Shown here: piece by piece, positions 35,783 to 46,202 of the stretch
Layout: each line of letters opens with the position of its first letter
Position numbering within the stretch: the first letter of the stretch is position 1
Assembly: GCF_004010195.1 (NCBI RefSeq)
Contig: NC_057719.1
Span: forward strand, 52,906,745 to 52,970,744
Direction: 5' to 3'
DNA from: Chiloscyllium plagiosum
Lineage: Eukaryota
DNA: 64,000 nt
Notes under the pieces: model-generated
What the model was told of the DNA's origin: nothing
Database searches by the model: none
Seen by the model: only the letters and a program-made list of their open reading frames with translations
Translations under genes and position numbers: made by a program

Positions 35783-38177
35783 CATAATTGAACTTCTTAA
35801 AGCACTACATCGAAGTCCTCCACATTCAACAGCTCCCAGTTCCACTGAAAAGAGTGCTGACAGAGCCATCTGGCCTCCTTTGAATACAAGACATCCCTCT
35901 CCTAAAGCTTCCTGTGTGCCACATGATTAAACCATTATCTCATGTGTTTAGCCAATCAACAACATTTCTCAAATTAATTTCACTTCCTACCTGAGTGCCA
36001 GCACCTACTCCAGCCAAAGTATGCATCTTCCCTATCAGCAGTGCAACTGACTTTAACTGGTGCAGGGTGGCATAATGTTGGTCCCTTGCTGCAGTGTGCA
36101 ACCAATGAGCACCATGGTCAGTACTGGCTGCCTGCAGTCATCATCCAAATGAGCAGGCAGAGCAGCAAAAAAATTGACATGCTGCTTGTACTACATCAAA
36201 CTGACGGGGGTTAATTACATCTGTGTGCTTTCAGAATTATCCAATTTAACCCTATTACCCCTTGTCACACATTGTTATCTAATTAAACCACATTATAGTG
36301 AAAAAAGCTATTGGCTTTGGAACTGTTAGCCTTTTTATTGATGTGTTTTATGACTATATGTAAAGCACAAACAACAGTGGCTTTTCAAATCAAATTAAAG
36401 TCCCTTCTCAGTCATTGTTAGCTTCACTGACCCATTAATCTTACAACTGCCTTTATCCGGTTTAAATGTACTTTTCTTATTCTGACTGTTGCATTGGACA
36501 TTTTATCCATATGGGGCTGATACAGAGAATCTGCACTGAACTAAAACAAAATAAAAGGAGTACATTGTTATTGCTCTCCAGTGAGGCAACTGCAGTAAAA
36601 AGAAAGGTCATGCAAGTACTGAAAATGGTTGGAAGAGTTGCAATGTGATGTAAACACAACAAAAGAATATCCTGCCCCACTATAAATGGAAATGTCTGAC
36701 AAAAGCTATATGCCTACTTAGAGCATAAAATAATAATAATTGTGCTTTTTATTGTGCGTATTCAGTTGAAACAACAGAAAGAAACATACCACAGATGGAG
36801 AAGCATTGTTCTCCAAAGCAATAAAGTCAAAAAAAAAGAGAAAAGGTGGCATACAACTGTGTCAACCTAATGGCCTTTGTCAACACACAGCATACTCAAT
36901 TATTTCTGTGCTTCTGTTTCTACCACATAATGGCTTTGCAACTCATATTCGTATGCAATACAACATCCAGATCTGTAGATCTTATACTGCACCATCTTCT
37001 GGTTAACATGAAATACTTTCACTGACATCAATTCTGCGCTACACAGACTAGAAATGTCTCTATGTTAATTATGTATACTCCGTTATAACATCTTGATGGT
37101 CATATCTATTACAGTGTGCATGCTGGGTGTTTCACAATAAAACTTTGAAGTGAAAATCTGAGCAGCTCCAGAGTTTACCCAGAGGGGTCTCAGAATTGAA
37201 CATGTGGCCCAGGTCTGTACTTGCTCAGATTGAGACTGGTGTCAGGATCTTTTCAGAGGAGGTCTCTCAATTAGCTGTTTCCATTTTCAAAGCTATTGTA
37301 GGGATTGTCAGAATGGAGGTTTCACCAGCTTGGATTTGGATTTCTGGATTCAGAGTTAAGTGCTCACCATCACACTATGTAGCCACAGCAATGCTCACCA
37401 TAAAAATAAAGATAGTGGCAAGTTCTTGATATTTTCCCTCACCCAAGTACCCCATCCAATCAGAGGTTCAGTTCTCGAAGCTCTGCAGCATCACCAGGGG
37501 AGCCAGAGGGAAGTGAGGTACCATGAGTCCATTCAACACTGAGGCCCTCATTGGCTTACATATTAGTGAATGAAAAGGCTAGTTCTAACTGGTAGTGTGG
37601 TGGTGGTGTGGTGGTGGGAGCCAGATGGTCTTGGATGCAAACATGCTTTTTTTGTGAACATTTTCTTTCATTGCATGGAGCCTCAGTTGGGATATTCCAC
37701 ACCCACCCCAGCCTGTTACAAGGAAATGGCAATCTCTGCACATGGCACTGTGATAACGCCGTCAAAATGTTAGCCAGGTCAGAAACATGCCCTTAATTGA
37801 AGTCCTTAGAATGAAAAAAAATGGCTGCCCACTATCCTAGACTGGGCTATCCAATTTGTTCCCTGCATTCCCTGGGAATGTTCTACAACATCAGTGGGAC
37901 TGTATCAAGAGCTGTCTCAGTTCTAAGCCCCCAATCGTAGAAGCTGGGATCTGAAATTATACACTTCAATGTTGAAGTCAATTACTAGCTGTTCATCCAT
38001 TCCCAAAAAATAATGCTAAATTAGGGATAAAAAGGGAATAGAATAATTATAGTCATTTTTTATCAACCTGTTTGGATATGTTAGGACAACTATTCTGGGT
38101 AAGTAGAACTTAGACCTGAATGCTCTAACCAGAAGGTAGGAATACCACCAATGCAACAAGAGTCCTTCGAACAGTTG

Positions 38178-38380
38178 AGACTGTGGTTCTGGAAATGCAC
38201 AGGAGGTCAGGGAGCATCCGAGCAGCAGGAGAATCAACGTTTCGGGCATCAGATTCCTGATGAAGGGCTTATGCCAGAAACATCGATTCTCCTGCTCTTT
38301 GGATGCTGTCTGATCTGCTGTGCTTTTCCAGCACCACACTTGCGATCTGATCTCCAGCATCTGCAGTCCTTGCTTTCTCC
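38178..38380. mobile_element. Palindromic family-1 PLE-derived insertion
   Basis: An inverted partial arm, then ATTC-CTGATGA-A-GGGCTTATGCCA-GAAA-CA-TC-GATT. TSD CCTT(C/T)GAACAGTTG at 38164 and 38379 (13/14). Confidence 0.9.
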
Positions 38381-38451
38381 TTTGAACAGTTGCATAATGA
38401 ATTCCTACTAATTGAAATGCTGCAATAGAAATGTATTGGTGATCGCACCAA

Positions 38452-38742
38452 TGGGAGGTGGTGGCTTAGTTGCACTTTTGCTTGACTATCAGTGTTCTGG
38501 GGACCTGGGGTCAGATCCCTCCATGGCATAATTAAGAGTTTATTGATGACCATAAATCCATTATTTAATGTTGAGGATAAACCCATCTGTTTCACTGATG
38601 TAGCTGAGGGAAGGAAACTGCCATTCTTCCCTGGTCTGGCTGAAATGGAACTCAGACTCACAGAAATGTGATTAATATTTAACTGTCCTCTCAGCAATTA
38701 GGGATAGGCAATAAATGCTGGCTCAACCAAAAATGGGCATGA
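38452..38742 (+). mobile_element. tRNA-derived SINE (same family as 14660-15337 and 58590-58735)
   Basis: GGGAGGTGGTGGCTTAGTTG head, TGTTCTGGGGACCTGGGGTCAGATCCC B-box region, and tail GCAATTAGGGATAGGCAATAAATGCTGGC. Confidence 0.8.
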
Positions 38743-39914
38743 AGATACCAGCAGGCAATGAACCCACACCTACGCACAATACTGCAGGCAGGGAACCAAC
38801 TTTGTGCTGCCTTCTCAAATTCATTTCTGCATGCATCCAACACTAATCATGTTATTCATTGGATGCATCATTGAGCATGATGCCAAGTATCATTAGCATT
38901 GCTTAAAGTTATCTTCTATCTCTTTAACCGGAGATGCAATTTGGCTGTTGGTGATTCTGAGATAATTCTAAATATTATTTTTTTGGAAGAATCAATAATG
39001 GCTGCCAGTGAAAGAATGCAATTCCTGAAATCTTTAAATGCTGTGCTGGATGTTTTGTCTGGGAAAGGTAAAAAGATAGGATGTTGTTTATTATTGCTGC
39101 TTGTAGCACGGATGTAATTCTGCATGGCGGGGACAGGATGATGAGGTAGGCAAAGCAGTGTTCCTCCAAACAAATGCTCAGAAGGTAGTAACAAGAGATC
39201 GGAATGGAGGTCAATGTCAGCTGAGTAGGCTAAATGATCTCAATGCAAGAAAAGAAATGGATTGATCTGACATGAATTTGCAATGTTAGTGAATGCATCT
39301 TCAAGTAGCAGAACCTGCCAATCGTACCATTAGCCTCTTCCATACAAACTTACAGAGAGACAAAGAAGCAAAGAGGGCCACTCGACCCTTCGAGCCTGCC
39401 CTGTCATTCAATAAGATATTTGCTGATAGGATTTTAAAGTCAACTCTACATTCCTGGAAATCTCGATCATTCACATTCTAACGGTCTGAATTAAAAACTA
39501 AAGATATGATTTTGGCACCAATCTATTCCATTACTGACTGTGACGATTCCTGAACTCATCTGCTTTACTTTGGCTGGGAAGCCTCCTGCCCAGAGGTTCA
39601 CTCGGAAACTGCACCTATTGGAAGTGGGCAATTATAGCTTGATATAGATTGGGAATAAGGATTCTGACCCAGTGGATAATTTGGGCAAGATCTGCTTGTG
39701 GTGAGACACTGGGCCGAGGTACATTAGAATCAAAGCTTGGGATAGTGTAAGGGAGGTGAGGGTGCGGGGTGGGGGGTGGTGGGTGCGGGTGCACAGGGTT
39801 AATGTCAGTTCCTTGGAGACTGAGGTTACAAACTGTTTCTGCTGCAGTAAACACAGGTGAAGACTCCAGTGGGCCAGGTTTCACAGGAAGGCCAATGCAA
39901 TATTATTCAAGAAT

Positions 39915-40205
39915 AAGAGGTCTCGCATTTAAAACATGAAAAATCTTTTCTCTGAGAAGATTTCTAGTATTTGTGGAATTCTCTTCTCTGAGAGGTAGTG
40001 AAGCATAAATCTTTGAATTTATTTCAGGAAGTTACATAGGTTTTTGATACATAAAGGGTTCAGAAAAGATTTACAAGAATATTGCCAGGGTTGGAGGATT
40101 TGAACTGGAGGGAGAGGAGAATAAGCTGAGGCTCGTTTCCCTGGGGTGACCTTATAGAGGTTTATAAAATCATGAGGTGCATGGATAGGGTAAATAGACA
40201 GTCTT
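39915..40205 (+). mobile_element. CR1-like fragments
   Basis: AAAGGGTTCAGAAAAGATTTACAAG...GGGGTGACCTTATAGAGGTTTATAAAATCATGAGG, preceded by an older CR1 3' remnant. Confidence 0.8.
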
Positions 40206-41605
40206 ATACCCCCCAAAACATCAGATTGTCTCATTGGCCTTTAAGATTGTCAATATGATAAATTCAAACTTAATTGGAGTTTGGAACTTTTTGGGCTATA
40301 ATTTAAACTAATCGGCCTAATATGAATCTGTTTTTGTCTCCAAGCGATCAGCTACCCTAGCTACTCCAATAGCTGGGGCACATGTTACATTGTGTTTTAT
40401 TGAGAACACTTAGTACTGTCACTGCTAACTTTTAACTCTCTTAAAGGTACAGTGCACCCACATATTCATAATAATCAAGTTACTGGTGCACAGATTTAAA
40501 ATGATTAGTAGATGGATTAAAGGGGACATGAGGAAATGGTGGATATCTGGAATTTGTTGTCAAGTTTGGCAGTTGAGGTGGAAACCTTCAGCACATCTTA
40601 AAGAAATCTAGATCTGTACCTGGAGCGCTTTAACCTGCAAGGCTAACTTGGTAAAATGGTAGATTATGATGTGGCTAAAGAATACCAAACAGGCTGGTAA
40701 AATGGGGAGCAGCACAGCAGATGACTCAGTGTGGAGAAGTGTAAAGTGGTGCACTTCACAGGGTAAAAATGGAAAGACATGGTTTTGAGAAGTATAGATT
40801 AGCAGAATTATCTTCCCACCTAAACAGTAAAATCCTCACAGGCAGGAGAAGTTTGAGATAATTTACTGGAGTTTTTCAAGATAATTTAATGATTGTAAAT
40901 AGGGAATAGATATTCTGGCTTATAAGTGGGCTAATACTAAAGGTTAATAATTTAAAATCACTGGAAATATCAGGAAGAGAGATAAAGGGATTGTTTTTTT
41001 TTCACTGAGAGAGTATTCAGGATCTGCAACTCTCCGGGTGAAAGGGTAATACAATCTACACATGGGCCAAATGGGCATTTCAGTAGAAGGAATATATGCG
41101 AAGGAATCCTGGTTAAGCTATGTGGTTATATCAAGGGGTTAAAAGGTTAAACTAATTATTTTTCTATAATTAAGAGCTAAAATGATTAACAATGTTCAAC
41201 ATACAGTTCACAGACATTAAGAGAATCCCTGATTAGAGATACACACCAAAAGTCTTAGGGTAGCATATTTTTTTTAATAAACTGTCACAAAGGTCATCAT
41301 TGTGTAATATTTTATAAGATGATTATTAATAGCCCTAAACGTAGTCAACTGAAAATGTTCAAAGCTGGCCCGGCTGAAAACAACAATATAATCTTAAAGC
41401 ACAGGCATATAACTCAAGAAAATTGTCCAAGGTGAGCCCTCACAACTGTACTCTTTAAAACTAATGAGGGGTAGACTTTATCTGGAAATGAACAGCTGTA
41501 TGTTTCCTTAGAAAGCAAAGAAGACTGGATCTAATTAGAAACTAAGATAAATGTAACTTTAATAATTAATGAATATCCTATTTAAATTACCTTATTATAT
41601 CAATC

Positions 41606-41814
41606 CAGTCTGTTCTGCTATAACACGTGTTTCTTCAAAGCAAATTGGCTTTAAAGCAATTGAAGAATTTAGACTGTTATTTGCAGAATGTGAACTTTCC
41701 TTCCTTGTGTTAGCCATAGTGTGATTCTGGCCCCATTGCTTTAAATAGCTTGTCTATTGTGTAATTTCCTTATTACATGAAAACGGAACTATTGTGCTTT
41801 ATCAGAACCAACTG
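41606..41814. mobile_element. Tc1/mariner-pogo (Tigger-like) MITE, 209 bp
   Basis: Imperfect TIRs CAGTCTGTTCTGCTATAACAC and (reverse complement) CAGTTGGTTCTGATAAAGCAC, 16/21. TA on the right flank, TC on the left. Confidence 0.7.
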
Positions 41815-42775
41815 TACTCAAATTTCAATATGGATGCTCTTTTGAAAATCGATTGCATTTCCTCCCTTTTCCTCGAACCTTTTAGCATTATAATTGACTG
41901 TTTCCATCACACTGTAGATTGCAGTTTTGGTTCTGACATCAAAGAATCATAGAGTCATGCAACAGGAAAACAGACCCTTCAGTTCAACTAGCCCATAACA
42001 ACCATAATCCCAAACTAAAAGAGCCCCACCTGCATTTGCTTGGCCTACATCCCTCCAAACAGTTCTTGTTCATGTTATCTAAATGTCTTTTAAACATTGG
42101 AACTGTACCTGCATCCACCACTTCCAACAAAAGTTCATTCCACATATGAACCACTCTCTGTGTGAAAGAATTGTCCTTTGTGTCTTTTTTTCAATTTTTC
42201 TCCTCTCACCTTAAAAATATGTCCCCTTGTCTTGAAATCCCTCACCCTATGGAAAAAATACTTACCATTCACCTTATCTATAGCCCTCATGATTGTATAA
42301 AATTCTATAAGATCAATTTTGTATCCAATTGGCAAGCTAGGTTAGATGGCTAGGATCTTGATTGTGACAGGGATCAAAGGTTATGGAGAGAAAGCGGGAA
42401 AATGGGATTGAGAAATTTATCAGCCATGATTCAATACGGAGAAATCTCAATGGGCCAAATGGCTTAATTTCTGCTCTATGAGATCACATCTCAACCTCCT
42501 ATGCTCCAATGAAAACAGTCCCAGCCGATTCAGCTTCTCCTCATAACTCAATCCTTCTATTCCTGGCAACGTCCCAGTAAATGTTTTCTGAACCCTCTCC
42601 TGATTAATATTTTTCCTGTAACAAGAAGATGAGAACTAGATACAGTACTCCAGAAAAGGCCTCACCAACATCCTGTACAACTTCAACATGATATCCCAAC
42701 TCCTATAATCAAAATTCTGAGTAATGAAGGCAAGCATGCTGAATGCCTTCTTAACCATCCTATCTGTATGTGATG

Positions 42776-43187
42776 GAGAAAGTGAGGACTGCAGATGCTG
42801 GAGATCAGAGCTAAAAATGTGTTGCTGGAAAAGCGCAGCAGGTCAGGCAGCATCCAAGGAGCAGGAGAATTGATGTTTCGGGCATAAGCCCTTCTTCACG
42901 AATCTTCAGTCATTCTGAACTCAGATTTCTCCACTTTCCTTATTTCCCCTCCCCCCACCTTGTCTCAGTCAAATCTGAACTCAGATTTCTCCAGTTTCCT
43001 CATTTCCCCTCCCCCCATCTTGTCTCAGTCAAATCCCTCGAACTCAGCACCGCCTTCCTAACTGCAATCTTCTTCCTGACCTCTCCGCCCCCACCCCACT
43101 CCGGCCTATCACCCTCATCTTGACCTCCTTCCACGTATCGCATTTCCAACGCCCCTCCCCCAAGTCCCTCCTCCCTACCTTTTATCT
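42776..43187. mobile_element. Family-1 PLE fragment: inverted hammerhead-bearing terminus plus sense 3' region with a 60-bp tandem duplication
   Basis: 42776-42900 is the reverse complement of 44878-45004. 42915-42974 is repeated at 42975-43034. The remainder matches 44640-44850. Flanked by TATCTGT(A/G)TGTGATG at 42761 and 43188. Confidence 0.9.
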
Positions 43188-43416
43188 TATCTGTGTGTGA
43201 TGTCAGCTTCAAAGAATTGCGTAACTGAACCTCTAGGTCTCTCTGTTCTACAATACTACTCAAGGTCCTACATTTAACTTTATAATTCTTGCCTTTGTTT
43301 GTTGTTCCAAAATGCAATACCTCACATTTATCCAATTTAAACATCATCATCAGCCACTCTCCAGCCCAATGACCCAATTAATCAAGATCTCTCTGTAACC
43401 TTAGATAAGATGTGTG

Positions 43417-43722
43417 AGTTGTTAGCACTGCTGCCTCACAGCGCCAGAGACTCGGGTTCATTTCCCGCCTCAGGCGACTAACTGTGTGGAGTTTGCACAT
43501 TCTCCCCGTGTCTGCGTGGGTTTCCTCTGGGTGCTCCGGTTTCCTCCTACAGTCCAAAAATGTGCAGGTTAGGTGAATTGGCCATGCTAAATTGCCTGTA
43601 GTATTAGGTGCAGCGGTAAATGTAGGGGAATGGGTCTGGGTGGGTGCGCTTCGGCGGGTCTGTGTGGACTTGTTGGGCCGAAGGGCATGTTTCCACATTG
43701 TAAGTAAACTAATCTAATCTAA
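43417..43722 (+). mobile_element. HE1-like V-SINE, slightly 5'-truncated, nested in CR1
   Basis: GTTAGCACTGCTGCCTCACAGCGCCAGAGAC...GTGTGGAGTTTGCACATTCTCCCCGTGTCTGCGTGGG...CTAATCTAATCTAA. Confidence 0.95.
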
Positions 43723-43904
43723 CCTTGTTCACTGGACACTATACCACCAACCTTGGTGTCATCCACAAATTGACTAACCATACCTTCTATGTTCTTATCT
43801 AAATCGTTTATATGAATATCAAATAAAAGTGGACCCAGCACCAATCCCAGTGGAACATCGCTGGCAAAAGGCTTCCAATCCGAAAAACAACTCTCCACTG
43901 TCAA

Positions 43905-43998
43905 CTCTGATGAAGAATCATCTCGACATGAAATGTTAGCTTGCTCTTTCCAGGGCTGATGCCTGACCTGCTGTGATTTCCAACATTTTTGTTTTCTT
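43905..43998 (+). mobile_element. Degenerate PLE-derived hammerhead repeat nested in CR1
   Basis: CTGATGAAGAATCATCTCGACATGAAATGTTAGC...GCCTGACCTGCTGTGATTTCCAACATTTT. Confidence 0.65.
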
Positions 43999-44267
43999 CT
44001 GCCATTCTATCATTTGTCTCCTGTCATTAAGCCAATTTTGTATGGTTTGGCAAGTAGGCAAGATAGATAGGTTCTTGATTGTCAAGGGGATCAAAGGTTA
44101 TGGGGAGAAAGTGGGAGAATGGAGTTGAGAAACTTATCAGCCATGATTGAATGGCACAGCAGACCTGATGGGCTGAACAGCCTAATTTCTGCTCTTATGT
44201 CTTATGGTCTTAAAGCTCACACTGAATCCTTTGTGATCTAACTTTACTATTAATTAATGAATGTGAG

Positions 44268-44721
44268 CAAGAAATGCAAAACTTGCATCCACACCTCCCC
44301 CCTTACTTCCCTCCAAGGCCCCAAGGGATCCTTCCATATCCGTCACAAATTCACCTACACCTCCACACACATCGTTTACTGCATCCTCTGCACCCGATGT
44401 GGCCTCCTCTACATTGGGGAGACAGGCCGCCTACTTGCGGAACGTTTCAGAGAACACCTCTTGGACACCCGCACCAACCAACCCAACCTCCCCGTGGCTC
44501 AACACTTTAACTCCCTCTCCCACTCTGCCAAGGAAATGCAGGTCCTTAGCCTTCTCCATCGCCAGACCATGGCAACATGACGCCTGGAGGAAGAGCGCCT
44601 CATCTTCCGCCTAGGAACCCTCCAACCACAAGGGATAAATACAGATTTCTCCAGCTTCCTCATTTCCCTTCCCCCCACCTTATCTCAGTCCCAACCCTCG
44701 GACTCAGCACCGCCTTCTTGA
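44268..44721 (+). pseudogene. GIY-YIG endonuclease domain of a PLE, 5'-truncated, one in-frame TGA at 44578-44580
   Basis: KCKTCIH...IVYCILCTRCGLLYIGETGRLLAERFREH...VAQHFNSLSH, continuing in frame past the TGA as RLEEERLIFRLGTLQPQGINTDFSSF to the stop at 44721. Confidence 0.92.
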
Positions 44722-45004
44722 CCTGCAATCTTCTTCCAGACCTCTCTGCCCCCACCCCCTCTCCGGCCTATCACCCTCAGCTTAACCTCCTTCCACCTAT
44801 CACATTTCCAACACCCCTCCCCTAAGTCCCTCCTCCCTACCTTTTATCTTAGCCTGTTCAGCACACCCTCCTCATTCCTGAAGAAGGGCTTATGCCCAAA
44901 ACGTCGATTCTCATCCTCCTTGGATGCTGCCTGACCTGCTGCGCTTTTCCAGCAACACATTTTTCAGCTCAGATCTCCAGCATCTGCAGTCCTCACTTTT
45001 TCCT
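44268..45004 (+). mobile_element. Penelope-like element (Neptune-like) 3' end: GIY-YIG endonuclease, 3' region and hammerhead-bearing terminus
   Basis: Endonuclease coding fragment followed by a C-rich spacer, the hammerhead motif at 44874-44909 and the family-1 tail. Confidence 0.93.
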
Positions 45005-45583
45005 ATGTTACTGAGAAGTTATATATAGATTCTAATAATATCTGGGATAATACAATCTGCCTGAAACCTGTTTAAAAAGATGCTTAAAGTATAATAATAA
45101 TCTCAGTTGGCTCATTTCCCCGGTGAGAGATAAATCAATCTTTCAGACTCACTTAGCATCTTTAGCACCTGTCTTTCGCAAACTATTCATGACAGCAATC
45201 ATCTTAAAAACATGCCAAATCTGGCATTGTGCCAAAAAGGGCCTGGGATTATTAGAATCTACCACATTTACAGGGTTATAGAGAAAAATTAGGAGTATGG
45301 GATAAAGAACAACTCTTCTTTCACAGGGCATACACAAGAAAAGTGGGTCACCTTGCATCCTTTTGTGCTGTAAACTTCTGTGATGTTAAAATTAATACAA
45401 CAATTGTAAGAGCGAACGGATGCAATCCTGAGAAGATTGGGACTGAACAGTGTTTCAAAATGGGTAGCAAATATCTGAGAAAGTAAAGGTTTGCAAAATA
45501 GCTTATAAAAGTAAAAAAAATGTTAAATTCGCTATTTTAAAAGATATTGTTTCTTTCTTCTTAAAATTAATTTTATCTGGCAT

Positions 45584-46110
45584 CCTGGTCTCCTTCCTAT
45601 CAGAAAGATGTTGTGAAACTTGAAAGGGTTCAGAAAAGATTTACAAGGATGTTGTCAGGGTTGGAGGATTTGAGCTATAGGGAGAGGCTGAACAGGCTGG
45701 GGCTGTTTTCCCTGGAGCGTCGGAGGCTGAGGGGTGACATTATAGCGGTTTACAAAATTATGAGGCGCACGGATAGGGTAAATAGGTAAAGTCTTTTCAC
45801 TGGGGTCAGGGAGTCCAGAACTAGAGGGCATAGGTTTAAGGTGACAGAGGAAATATTTAAACGGGACCTAAGGCGCAACGTTCTAATGCAGAGGGTGGTG
45901 CGTATATGGAATGAGCTGCCAGAGGATGTGGTGGAGGCTGGTATAATTGCAACATTTAAGAGGCATTTGGCTGGGTATATGAATATGGGTTTTGAGGGAT
46001 GTGGTTCAGGTACCACCAGGTGGGACTAGATTGAATTGGGATATCTGGTCGGCATGGACAAGTTGGACTGAAGGTGTATTTCCATGCTGTACATCTCTAT
46101 GACTCTATGT
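45584..46110 (+). mobile_element. HER1/CR1-like LINE 3' fragment
   Basis: Highly similar to 1935-2460. ORF 45841 (FKRDLRRNVLMQRVVRIWNELPEDVVEAG) and tail CTGTACATCTCTATGACTCTATG. Confidence 0.93.
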
Positions 46111-46202
46111 GCTATGCTTTAAGATTTAATTTTAGAAACAGATGTATGATAATTCTTAAAAGCACTTATTTATCGTTCAGAATTTATCCTTTCCACAACT
46201 TA

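Larger units (their letters stand above)
41945..44255 (-). mobile_element. HER1/CR1-like LINE hosting several nested insertions
   Basis: Minus ORF pieces SDWKPFASDVPLGLVLGPLLFDIHINDLD...QFVDDTKVGG, FKLDKCEVLHFG and KTRGHIFKVRGEK. The tail is at about 41945. Confidence 0.92.
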
